From NCBI GenBank assembly GCA_002779075.1, contig PEXK01000050.1, forward strand, positions 1-32,000: a DNA stretch of 32,000 nt, written 5' to 3'. The translations under genes and the position numbers were made by a program. Under the pieces are notes generated by a model. That model did not search any database. It was not told where the DNA came from and was given only the letters and a program-made list of their open reading frames with translations. Origin of the DNA: Candidatus Diapherotrites archaeon CG08_land_8_20_14_0_20_30_16. Lineage in GTDB: Archaea > Iainarchaeota > Iainarchaeia > Iainarchaeales > 0-14-0-20-30-16. This document shows, piece after piece, positions 1 to 8,549 of this stretch (position 1 is its first letter; the number at the start of each line of letters is the position of its first letter).

Positions 1-95
1 CAAGGTTTCGGAACCGTTAAATTCCTGTTCTATTCTCCCGAATACTTGGAGGGATTGATTTTTAGTGCAACGATGCCGAAGGCAAAAAATCAAAG

Positions 96-132
96 TCGTC
101 GTGTCTATAGTTTAGTATTGGAGGTTGCCGCC
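96..132. repeat. Left arm of GC-rich inverted repeat bracketing the glycosyltransferase gene
   Basis: TCGTCGTGT (96-104) ... GGAGGTTGCCGCC (120-132). The reverse complement recurs at 1334-1367 (9/9 and 12/13 matches around a variable core). Confidence 0.8.
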
Positions 133-1286
133 GTTCTCTTAATCAGAGATTCATAAAGTTTGACATATTGTTTAATCATCCTATCTGAATTGAATTTTTT
201 AGCTGTTTGTATGGCATTTTCTGCAATTTCCTTTCTCTTAGAAATATCAGATTTAATTTTATTAATTTTTGATATCATTTCATCAATACTATTTACAATA
301 TACCCATTTTTACCATTTTCAATTATTTCTGGAGCTACGCCAAAAGGAAAAACTATTGGAACTAAACCTTGTGACATGGCTTCAACAAGACTCAGACAAA
401 ATCCCTCATATCTTGAAGTGTTGATATATAAATCTCCATAATGCTTTCTTAAAATAGAAGGTATTTTTTTCTTTTCTACACTTAAATACGATTTTGTTTT
501 CAAAATTTGATCAAAAACTTTTTTGTATTGGTCAGTTTTATAGCACATCCCAATTATTACTTTATTAAGTAAAGGAAAATTATTTAAGACATATATTAAG
601 CGAGGTATTCCTTTTAATTTAACAGTGAATTGATCGTTTCCTAACCTTCCAGAATAAACTAAATTGGCTTCTTTCTTAACCTTTTTTATAATATTTGAAT
701 CAAACCAATAATCTTCGATAGAATTATGAATTAATATAATTTTATCCTTTGGAACTTTATTTTTGATTAACTCAGCTTGAACTTTTTTTGATGTAACAAT
801 TACTGCATCACTTCTCTTTGCAACATAAATCTCTATTTTAGAGATGTCCTTTAAAGGTTTGAGATTAGATTTCAGGTTTGGAATAGTGTTATTTTCGTAC
901 AAGTTTCTAAGGATTGAATAAAGTTCTTTTTTCTCTTTTTCCAAGTTTTTCATAGAAGGAACGGCTTTTAAAAAACCATATGTTGTAGATCCAAAATGCG
1001 AAATCACGGGCATGCCATTTCCAATGAAAGCTAAAGGAGTATATGTTGTCCCCTGTATAATATCGTATTTTTTAGCGTCCTCATGTTTTTTAATCAGAGA
1101 ATAAAAAAATAATATGTTTGAAATGCCAAACATATCTGGAGATAATAAATCAACACTGTTAGTAGGATATAAATTATCCACACTATATTTTTGTTTTTTT
1201 AATTTTTCGATTATAATGTCATTAATATAATGTGCGCCTGTTTTAAACTTCTTTTCAGAATGTATAAATAATACTTTTTTTTTCAT
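105..1286 (-). CDS. Glycosyltransferase, group 1 (GT4-like)
   Basis: 393-aa ORF with ATG at 1286. The C-terminal half carries 'SRYEGFCLSLVEAMSQGLVPIVFPFG', typical of retaining GT-B glycosyltransferases. The last ~9 codons and the stop lie inside the left inverted-repeat arm. Confidence 0.8.
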   Translation of the reverse strand: MKKKVLFIHSEKKFKTGAHYINDIIIEKLKKQKYSVDNLYPTNSVDLLSPDMFGISNILFFYSLIKKHEDAKKYDIIQGTTYTPLAFIGNGMPVISHFGSTTYGFLKAVPSMKNLEKEKKELYSILRNLYENNTIPNLKSNLKPLKDISKIEIYVAKRSDAVIVTSKKVQAELIKNKVPKDKIILIHNSIEDYWFDSNIIKKVKKEANLVYSGRLGNDQFTVKLKGIPRLIYVLNNFPLLNKVIIGMCYKTDQYKKVFDQILKTKSYLSVEKKKIPSILRKHYGDLYINTSRYEGFCLSLVEAMSQGLVPIVFPFGVAPEIIENGKNGYIVNSIDEMISKINKIKSDISKRKEIAENAIQTAKKFNSDRMIKQYVKLYESLIKRTAATSNTKL

Positions 1287-1333
1287 AATATAATTAGAAA
1301 ATACCTTCTTTTATATAATTTTTGGTAAGTTTA

Positions 1334-1367
1334 GGCGGCAACCCCCAAATATAATTTTACACGACGA
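1334..1367. repeat. Right arm of inverted repeat bracketing the glycosyltransferase gene
   Basis: GGCGGCAACCCCC (1334-1346) ... ACACGACGA (1359-1367), the reverse complement of 96-132. The extra 10-mer GAATAGAACA (1370-1379) mirrors TGTTCTATTC (26-35). Confidence 0.8.
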
Positions 1368-1380
1368 TTGAATAGAACAC

Positions 1381-1409
1381 CTATTTCACGAACTTTATTC
1401 GTGAAATAG
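1381..1409. promoter_or_regulatory. Perfect 12-5-12 palindrome (candidate protein-binding or recombination site)
   Basis: CTATTTCACGAA-CTTTA-TTCGTGAAATAG in the divergent GT/recombinase spacer, about 55 nt upstream of the recombinase ATG. Confidence 0.6.
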
Positions 1410-1463
1410 CTTGATAAGTGGTTTTTGCGAAATACATATAAAATGTTATTGTGTTTATAGAAT

Positions 1464-2258
1464 ATGATGTTAGATAATGAAAAAATAGAAAATAATTTAA
1501 GTATGTTGAAAGTAAATCTAAAACTTAGAAAATATTCCCAAAAAACTATTGATAAATATGTTTCTCTTATTGGAAAATTTTTGAAATATAATAAATCACC
1601 AAAAGAATATTTAATTACACTATCAAATAATGGTAGAGAAACAATAAGATCTAATTATTTTGCATTAAAATTCTTTTCAGAAAATGTTTTAGATAAAAAA
1701 CTCGATGCAACAATTCCTCTGACAAAAAGAAAAATGCATTTGCCAAATGTAATAAACAAAACAGAAATAGAAACACTCTTTAATGTAACAACTAATTTAA
1801 AACATAAACTTGTTTTGAGGCTGTTGTATTATGCTGGATTGAGATTAAATGAAGTAAGAAATCTAAAATGGGAAGACTTAGATTTTGAAAGAGAATTAAT
1901 AAATGTGAAAAAAGGAAAAGGAGATAAAGACAGAACTGTTTTTTTGCACAAAAAACTAAAAGAAATATTAGAAGAAAATGGGATAAAAAAACAAGGCTTT
2001 ATTTTAATTTCAGAAAGAAACACAAAATATAATGAAAGAACAATACAACAAATTATAAAAACAGCATTAAAAAAAACAGATATTAAAAAAAATGTGACCC
2101 CGCATACATTAAGACACTGTTTTGCCACTCACTTATTAGAAGCTGGCTGCGATATTAGATATATTCAACAGTTATTAGGACACAAAGATCTGAAAACAAC
2201 ACAAATATATACGCATGTTGCAAACAAAGATATTAAAAGATTAGCAGAGTTATTGTAA
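1464..2258 (+). CDS. Tyrosine recombinase/integrase (XerA/XerC-D-like)
   Basis: 264 aa. N-terminal SAM-like core-binding region ('KYSQKTIDKYVSLIGKFLKY'). Catalytic C-terminus has 'AGLRLNEV' (Arg), 'HTLRHCFATHLLEAGCDIRYIQQLLGH' (H-x-x-R, H) and 'TQIYTHV' (Tyr). Confidence 0.85.
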   Translation: MMLDNEKIENNLSMLKVNLKLRKYSQKTIDKYVSLIGKFLKYNKSPKEYLITLSNNGRETIRSNYFALKFFSENVLDKKLDATIPLTKRKMHLPNVINKTEIETLFNVTTNLKHKLVLRLLYYAGLRLNEVRNLKWEDLDFERELINVKKGKGDKDRTVFLHKKLKEILEENGIKKQGFILISERNTKYNERTIQQIIKTALKKTDIKKNVTPHTLRHCFATHLLEAGCDIRYIQQLLGHKDLKTTQIYTHVANKDIKRLAELL

Positions 2259-2320
2259 TATTATTATAAATTTATACTAAGTATTATATTAAATAAAATA
2301 TAGTTTATGAGGAATATAAA

Positions 2321-2749
2321 ATGAGCGGAGAAATAATATTTACAGCAAATACTGATGATTGGAAAGCAGTAAAAAAACTGAAAATAGAAAAAAATGTACA
2401 AGGCATAGACATTGCTACATTCTTAGCATCAGTAAGCATAAGCTTTGACACCAAAATAGAAGATTATTTGAAAAAATCAGTTAACGCAAAACCATTAGAT
2501 GAATATATTGATTCGATAACAAAAGGTACTTTCAAAACAGAAGAAGACATAGCTAAAGTATTAAAAGCAATAAATGCAACACAGGCAAATAAAGCAATTA
2601 ATGCATGCATACCTGAAGCATCAACACCAAAAGAAACAGATTTATTAAAATCATTCTTAAAGAGTTATTTGACAAAAAAGACATTATTAAAAATAAATTT
2701 CTGTGTTGATTACTCTGATTTACCATTAAAAATAAATAAAGGAAAATAG
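2321..2749 (+). CDS. Hypothetical protein
   Basis: 142-aa ORF following the recombinase. No recognisable motif. Confidence 0.4.
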   Translation: MSGEIIFTANTDDWKAVKKLKIEKNVQGIDIATFLASVSISFDTKIEDYLKKSVNAKPLDEYIDSITKGTFKTEEDIAKVLKAINATQANKAINACIPEASTPKETDLLKSFLKSYLTKKTLLKINFCVDYSDLPLKINKGK

Positions 2750-2761
2750 TGTTTTATTAAT

Positions 2762-2808
2762 GAAACAATTGTTTCTTTAAAGAAACAGTTCATATTTCTT
2801 TCTGTTTC
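2762..2808. promoter_or_regulatory. GAAACA half-site palindromes (candidate operator of the MNT/HEPN pair)
   Basis: GAAACAATTGTTTC (2762-2775, perfect 14-bp palindrome) plus GAAACAG (2782-2788) / CTGTTTC (2802-2808), directly upstream of the ATG at 2818. Confidence 0.5.
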
Positions 2809-2817
2809 AATTATATT

Positions 2818-3357
2818 ATGATTAGTGCATTTAACAAATTTAAAGGGGTAGAAATACTTAATTTTTTCTTAGATCATCCTAATTCCGAATTAAATATAAA
2901 CGACCTAGCAAAAAAACTCAAAATTAGCACAAGAACAGCTAAAGAATATATTGATTTATTATTAGAATATAATATCTTGTTTGATAAAAATATTAGAAAT
3001 AATAAATTAGTAGTATTAAATAATGATGATAAATTAGTAACTGAACTCAAAAAAGTAAGGGTTTTATCTTTAGTAAAAGAACTAAAATTAGAGAAAGAAA
3101 TAAATAATCCTTTTTACATATTTGGTAGTTGTGCTTCTGGGGAATATTATGAAGAAAGTGATTTAGATATTTTTATAATTAAACAAAAAAATTACAACAA
3201 AAATAAGGTTTTAGCATTGGCGAGCAAAATAAGATTAGAAGTTAATATTAAAGAAGTTCCATTTTACAAATTACTAGAATATAAAGATAAGAATAAAGAA
3301 TTTATTATAGAAGTTAAAGGGGGAATTTATTTTGGAGAGCCATTACATGGGCTATAA
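2818..3357 (+). CDS. wHTH plus minimal nucleotidyltransferase (MNT-type antitoxin-like)
   Basis: 179 aa. N-terminal HTH-like 'INDLAKKLKISTRTAKEYIDLL'. NTase signature 'GSCASGEYYEESDLDIFI' (G-S-x9-12-D-x-D). Confidence 0.75.
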   Translation: MISAFNKFKGVEILNFFLDHPNSELNINDLAKKLKISTRTAKEYIDLLLEYNILFDKNIRNNKLVVLNNDDKLVTELKKVRVLSLVKELKLEKEINNPFYIFGSCASGEYYEESDLDIFIIKQKNYNKNKVLALASKIRLEVNIKEVPFYKLLEYKDKNKEFIIEVKGGIYFGEPLHGL

Positions 3358-3749
3358 TGAGTGCTTAGAAAAAAGAATAATTAAAGTAAATCCATTAACA
3401 AAAAGTTGGATTGATAAAGAAATAAAATCTGCAGAACAATTTTTATCTGAAGCTAAAACAATATATCCTACAGGTTGTTGCATATTCTAGTATGTTCCAT
3501 TCCGTAAGAGCATTATTATATTCAAAAGGATTTTCTGAAAAAGGACATTATTGTTTGTTTCAATTCACATCAAACATATTCAAAGAAAATAATGAACTAT
3601 TTGAATTAATTGCAAAAGCAGATAGGTCTAGAGTATCAAGACAAGATATTGCTTATGATTGTATGGATTCAAATAAAGAACAAGCACAAGATGCAATAAA
3701 TACAGCAAAAGAATTATTGGAATTAACAAAAAAGATTTTAACTAAATGA
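3347..3749 (+). pseudogene. HEPN-domain protein split by a frameshift
   Basis: The ATG at 3347 overlaps the MNT stop and opens a 47-codon frame ('...SAEQFLSEAKTIYPTGCCIF*', stop 3488-3490). The HEPN core continues in another frame ('QVVAYSSMFHSVRALLYSKGFSEKGH...', track ORF 3492..3749). Removing one A from the A4 run at 3455-3458 fuses them into a ~133-aa HEPN protein. Confidence 0.65.
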
Positions 3750-3751
3750 AA

Positions 3752-5065
3752 TTATCTTTTTACCCTAACAGAGATTGCCCTTGCCAGTTCTTCAGGGAAC
3801 TCAAATACTAAAAAATCGTTTTCCAAGATTTCTGTATATCTATCTTCTGTTGATATGAAAACTATATTTTTGTTTAATCTTTTCAAATAGTTTGCTAATT
3901 CAATTACCCCTTCTTTTGTAATAGTTGTTGTCTGGCCCAATAAAACAATAATATATGTGTCGGTTTCTTTTTTTGTTAACTCTATTGCTTGAATATATCT
4001 ATTGGAATCAGCATCGCCCATAATGTCTATTGGATTTTTTGTTCCAACACCAAAAGGCATTACCTTCTTTAGTGCAGATTTTGTTTTTTCTGCTAACTCC
4101 AATATAGGAATATTGTATTGCTCAAAATGATCAGATAATAAAATACCATAACCGCCACCATTAGTAATAATTGTTGTATTTTTTATTGACTTTATATTTT
4201 GGGATTTAGAAAAATTTACCAAATCTGTTACATTTTCTGCATTCAAAATATTGAATTGCTTGAATATCCCTGAATAAACAGAAGAATCCCCTGCTAAATT
4301 ACCAGTATGACTTTGAACACTCTGCGATCCTTTTTTACTTCTGCCAGCTTTTAATGCAACAATTGGTTTTTTTTGCTTTCTCAATATTTTTATAAATCTT
4401 TTTCCATCAATAATTTCCTCAACATAGAAAGCAATTATTTTTGTGTGCTTGTCTTTATTCAAATATTCTAATAAATCACACTCATTAACATCACAGGCAT
4501 TGCCATAACTAACAAATTTATTTAATCCTACTTTATTTTTTTCAAACTGTTCAATCAAAATAGCACCAACAGTTCCAGATTGGCTAATTAAAGATACATT
4601 TCCTAACTTTGGTCTTTTCTGGGCAGTTATTGACAAAAACAAACAATCCAGTTTGTTGAAATTATCAAATATACCCAAAGTATTTGGACCTACAATTCTT
4701 ATTTTTGTTTTCCTCGCAATTTGAACAAGTTCTTGCTCACTGTGCAGATCTCCTGCCTCTTTAAAACCTGCACTAATTATTACTGCAAATTTTGTTTTCT
4801 TTTTTGCACAATCTTTCAGCACATCAATAACAAATGGTTTTGGTATTGCAATAATTACTAAATCTAACTCTTTTAGAGGGAGATCAGATACTTTTGGATA
4901 TGCTTTCAATCCAAGAATTTGTGGACAATCAATATTTACTGGAAACAATTTTCTGTGTACATTATAATGCAAGAGATTTTGCATTATTGAAAAACCAATT
5001 TTTCCTGGTTTGTTTGAAGCACCAACAACTGCTAATGTTTTGGGATTAAATAATTTCTCTAGCAT
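3752..5065 (-). CDS. ADP-forming acyl/acetyl-CoA synthetase alpha subunit-like (CoA-binding protein)
   Basis: 'LAVVGASNKPGKIGFSI' CoA-binding Rossmann start, 'ISQSGTVG', and phosphohistidine-loop-like 'SHTGNLAGDSSVY'. The ATG at 5065 is preceded by AGGTGAT. The track start at 5074 is a GTG extension. Confidence 0.75.
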   Translation of the reverse strand: MLEKLFNPKTLAVVGASNKPGKIGFSIMQNLLHYNVHRKLFPVNIDCPQILGLKAYPKVSDLPLKELDLVIIAIPKPFVIDVLKDCAKKKTKFAVIISAGFKEAGDLHSEQELVQIARKTKIRIVGPNTLGIFDNFNKLDCLFLSITAQKRPKLGNVSLISQSGTVGAILIEQFEKNKVGLNKFVSYGNACDVNECDLLEYLNKDKHTKIIAFYVEEIIDGKRFIKILRKQKKPIVALKAGRSKKGSQSVQSHTGNLAGDSSVYSGIFKQFNILNAENVTDLVNFSKSQNIKSIKNTTIITNGGGYGILLSDHFEQYNIPILELAEKTKSALKKVMPFGVGTKNPIDIMGDADSNRYIQAIELTKKETDTYIIVLLGQTTTITKEGVIELANYLKRLNKNIVFISTEDRYTEILENDFLVFEFPEELARAISVRVKR

Positions 5066-5392
5066 AAAAATCACCTATTTTTATGAACTGTTGCAATTTC
5101 TGATTTTTCTGAAGAAATTTACAACTGGGCATAAAATCACACTTTTTAAGATATAACAAGTTAGGAACACTTAAAAATAAAGATGAACTCTTTAAATATA
5201 TATAGTAAATATTAATAAATGCGTGTTAAAAGACAAAAAGAAGAAATAATTGAAAAAAAGAAAAAGTACATCTGATTATAGGGATAACAAAAAATAGATT
5301 TGCACAAGTTGTAAGAAGATAAAACCAATGTTGTATACAGAAAAAAGGCAATTTGAAAATATATTAATTTGGAGAAGTTAGATAATCTGAAA

Positions 5393-5421
5393 TAATTTAA
5401 AACTATTTCCTGTTTAGTTCA
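5393..5421 (-). promoter_or_regulatory. Variant promoter box plus TATA
   Basis: Minus strand reads TGAACTAAACAG-GAAATAG-TTTTAAATTA, 18 nt after the stop of the 5439..6305 gene. Confidence 0.4.
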
Positions 5422-5438
5422 TTTTGCAACGATTTGAT

Positions 5439-6305
5439 TTAGTTTTCTAAGTGTTGATCAAAATAATTAAACACCCTCCAAAGAACAGTGTCATCAACCA
5501 ATTGTTTCAAATCTCTTTTTTTGTCCCATTTATTTAATGCTTCCAAAATAGCTCTTAAAAATACTTTTTGAAATTGTGGAAAATCTTTCCAACCAGTCCA
5601 CTTAGGATAATATTGAGCAAAAGGAAGAATCTCAAACTGTCCATCTTTATTTTCAGCACCTTCGTTTTTTAATCTTTCAAAATGCTGTCTAAATAAAAAA
5701 TTTCTTTCTCCAATAACTAAAAGATTCAAAAAAGGCAGATTATCTACATATGATATATTATGTGCCCTTTCTTTCCAAGTTCTTTCTAATCTTTTTAATT
5801 CTGCTAATAATTCCTTAGAGGTTTGGGTCCTATCATTAGAGCTAATAAATTGTTTTCTTCTTGCAGACGGTGCTTTTTCTGTTAGTTTTCTTCTTTTGTC
5901 TGGTGATAATTTTTCAAACCTTTGTATTTGACTCTTTGATCTTTCTTCTGAACTCACTTTTGAACTACCTTTATGCAATGCTTCAACTTTTGCTTTTTTT
6001 TGTTGAGGACTAAGATTGGCCCATTTCTCTTTTGCAATTCTACTGTAATCAGTCTTATTTTTCAAGCCAAATCTATATTTCCAGAGAAGATCATTTATTG
6101 CTTTTTCAAAATGTCCCTGACCAGACTGAGAACCAATTTGTCTTACTGGAAATAATCTGTAAGCCAAAAATTTGGCTGTTTCAAAAGGGACCCCAAATCT
6201 TCTTGACAAATCCTGTGCAATATCTTTTCTTTGTTTTCCAAGTTTAAGATCTCTTGCAATCTTCGCTACAAAAATTGGCTGAAATCTAACGTTCTTTTTT
6301 GGCAT
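5439..6305 (-). CDS. Hypothetical HTH plus basic S/T-P-E/Q-x-R/K repeat protein (NUMOD3-like repeats)
   Basis: ATG at 6305 (MPKKNVRF...). N-terminal HTH-like 'RKDIAQDLSRRFGVPFETAKFLAYRL'. Repeats 'WANLSPQQKKAKVEAL', 'SSEERSKSQIQRF', 'LSPDKRRKLTEK'. Same architecture as 17626..18387. Confidence 0.55.
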   Translation of the reverse strand: MPKKNVRFQPIFVAKIARDLKLGKQRKDIAQDLSRRFGVPFETAKFLAYRLFPVRQIGSQSGQGHFEKAINDLLWKYRFGLKNKTDYSRIAKEKWANLSPQQKKAKVEALHKGSSKVSSEERSKSQIQRFEKLSPDKRRKLTEKAPSARRKQFISSNDRTQTSKELLAELKRLERTWKERAHNISYVDNLPFLNLLVIGERNFLFRQHFERLKNEGAENKDGQFEILPFAQYYPKWTGWKDFPQFQKVFLRAILEALNKWDKKRDLKQLVDDTVLWRVFNYFDQHLEN

Positions 6306-6313
6306 ATAAAACA

Positions 6314-7768
6314 CTAAACCTTTGAATAAGTAGGTCTTAAAATAAATCTAAATGGTTTTGAATCTTTTATTGATATTCCTATTTCATCATTCTCTAAAAG
6401 GGATAATTTCGCAGTAGATTTATTAAGCAATTGTGAATCTAAATCAACTTCTACAGATGCTGCAAACACTAATTGATTTTTACATTGAGATAACAAATCA
6501 TAAAAACCAGCAACTAAAGAATCTTTATCTGTTCTAGAAAATAGATTTGAGAGGTTTGGAAAGAATAAAGCTATTTTCGCATCAGAACCAGAAAATTCAA
6601 CTACTTTCTTCAACACATTATATACTATAACCCTATTAACTTGTTTATTCTTTTTGTCTAATTTAATAATATTTACAGAGCCATAATTACTTCCTAGATT
6701 TTTGAAAAAATCACTAACAGAAAAGTCACCTAAAAACACGCCAGGATATTGAAGTTTTGTTAAATTAACAATTCTTTGTACTAAGTTAATGTTATAAGAT
6801 GTATATTCTCCATTTGGCTGTAGCTCCTCTAAATCCTTTATCAGATTATCTATAGTAGCAGGCTGTTTTTCTTTCAAAACAAATCCTATCAAATCAAATA
6901 TTATTTTTGATTTGATTTCTAATAATTCTTGAAAGGAATTATTTGGAAGGTCTGACAAATTAACACATATTTTGTCTCCTATATTATAGGCTACAACAGG
7001 AAAACCAATCGACGCATTTTGATTTTTTTCTTGTACCTCTGGATTTTCATTAGGGTATTTGATGCTCATTAAAGAATCATCATATGTAAACACCAAAGTA
7101 TTTTCTTTGTTCAAAGCGAAATTTTCAATTAAAACTCTCATACATTTTTCTGAATTTGGTCCAAACAAAAAAGTCGTATCAAAAATATCTATTGGTTCGT
7201 TTACTTTTTCATTTGTAGCTTTATAGAATCCTAAGAAAAAATCTTTCTGGTTAAACTGTTGCTTTGCACCGCTAAATATTTTGGGTTGCCTATTTTGAGT
7301 AACAAAAGAAAACAAACCCAAAGGATTAGAAAAAAGAGTAGTTTTCATATCGAGAGGCAGTTCAGAATAATCTTTCAAATTGATTTCGTAGGAAGATGCA
7401 ATATTTATTATTCCTTTTGCGTCTTTTTTCAGTTTTTTAAACTGATCATTTACAAAGTCAGAAATATCTTTCTGCACATAATTTAATACTTCTTGATCTC
7501 CCAATAAGAACAGGTATTTTTGATTTGATTTTGTGCCATGTTGCAATAAAAATATTGCATTTCTAGGAATTGTTTCAACAAAGGTCTCAGCATCTCCAAA
7601 GATGCCAATAATCTGTGAAATATATAACACAATTTTTGTTTTTTCTCTGTTTAGAATTTCAGAGATTATAAAACCTTCTTGATTAAAATACAAACTCAAA
7701 GAATATTCATCATAATCCCCAAAAAACAGCTTTTTCCAGGGCCCATTTGGATATTCTACATCAATCAT
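6314..7768 (-). CDS. Hypothetical protein (possible degenerate P-loop/HerA-like scaffold, speculative)
   Basis: 484 aa from the ATG at 7768, with a TATA box TTTATATA about 32 nt upstream (near-leaderless). 'TFLFGPNSEKCMRVLIENF' and 'KIALFFPNLSNLF' sit where Walker A/B would lie but lack the canonical residues. Its stop is 8 nt from the next ATG. Confidence 0.5.
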   Translation of the reverse strand: MIDVEYPNGPWKKLFFGDYDEYSLSLYFNQEGFIISEILNREKTKIVLYISQIIGIFGDAETFVETIPRNAIFLLQHGTKSNQKYLFLLGDQEVLNYVQKDISDFVNDQFKKLKKDAKGIINIASSYEINLKDYSELPLDMKTTLFSNPLGLFSFVTQNRQPKIFSGAKQQFNQKDFFLGFYKATNEKVNEPIDIFDTTFLFGPNSEKCMRVLIENFALNKENTLVFTYDDSLMSIKYPNENPEVQEKNQNASIGFPVVAYNIGDKICVNLSDLPNNSFQELLEIKSKIIFDLIGFVLKEKQPATIDNLIKDLEELQPNGEYTSYNINLVQRIVNLTKLQYPGVFLGDFSVSDFFKNLGSNYGSVNIIKLDKKNKQVNRVIVYNVLKKVVEFSGSDAKIALFFPNLSNLFSRTDKDSLVAGFYDLLSQCKNQLVFAASVEVDLDSQLLNKSTAKLSLLENDEIGISIKDSKPFRFILRPTYSKV

Positions 7769-7996
7769 AAAAATCAACAAATCAAGAAAAGGTATATAAA
7801 CTTCTACCTTTTATAATAATATCATATTCCTATATATACTTTTCTTTGTGAGAACATGGCTCAGTTGATAATTTCTCAAAGTGTATATGATTTTTATCTC
7901 TGATACGAAATCATTTACAAAATGTTGCAAACCCAAAGTTAGCAACACAAAATCAAAATTATACAACAGGAACCATAAATCTATTTGAGGATCTTT

Positions 7997-8539
7997 ATGG
8001 CAGATAAAACAGTTTTGGAAACAATAGCAAATTTAAGGCAATCCGGTTTAAGAGACGATGAAATAAAAAATATGCTTTTAGACATTGGTTTTGATGAAGA
8101 TACAATAAATGAGGCAATGGGATCCCAGGAAACGACTCAAGAAAATGACGAAGTTGACGAACAAACCAATCAATACGGTTCTTCTTTAGAAAAGAAGAAT
8201 CAAGAAATTACAGAAAAAGTAAAAGAACATGCTGAAAATGCAAAGTTAGCCAGTAACTTGGCAATGAATGTTTCACAAGCAGCAGCTAATAAAATAGATC
8301 AGCACATAGAAAAAGTAAAGACCTTTGAAAAAAGATTAGACAGTTTCGAAGATACCATTTCAAACATACCAACAAAAGAGCATATAGATGAATTAAAAGA
8401 TATGCATATATCTCTACACGAAAAACACGACGATTTAAACGACAGATTAGATGCAATAGAATCAAAAATAGATGGTTTAACAAAAATAATGAAAGCTATT
8501 TTAGAAAACCAAAGAGATATTCTGATGAGATTAAGATAG
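7997..8539 (+). CDS. Hypothetical coiled-coil protein
   Basis: ATG at 7997 preceded by GAGGA. Acidic, heptad-rich sequence. The track start at 7985 is a TTG extension. Confidence 0.5.
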   Translation: MADKTVLETIANLRQSGLRDDEIKNMLLDIGFDEDTINEAMGSQETTQENDEVDEQTNQYGSSLEKKNQEITEKVKEHAENAKLASNLAMNVSQAAANKIDQHIEKVKTFEKRLDSFEDTISNIPTKEHIDELKDMHISLHEKHDDLNDRLDAIESKIDGLTKIMKAILENQRDILMRLR

Positions 8540-8549
8540 GAGGATAATT

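Noticed and set aside
1-156. Open + strand frame running from the window edge to a TAA at 154-156 ('...GFGTVKFLFYSPEYLEGLIFSATMPKAKNQSRRVYSLVLEVAAVLLIRDS*'), relatively GC-rich.
   Set aside because: It could be the 3' end of a gene truncated by the window. However, it has no recognisable motif, overlaps the GT 3' end by about 50 nt and includes the inverted-repeat arm, so it was not called. A structured RNA could not be excluded either.
5219-5275. 18-codon Lys-rich ORF (MRVKRQKEEIIEKKKKYI) with a TATA-like box about 25 nt upstream.
   Set aside because: Too short and compositionally trivial in an A-rich spacer to call without conservation data.
6311-6319. An additional ACACTAAAC 9-mer on the + strand at the junction of the two minus-strand genes.
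   Set aside because: It is in the opposite orientation to the genes, has no TATA box after it, and a 9-mer match is within chance expectation for this composition.
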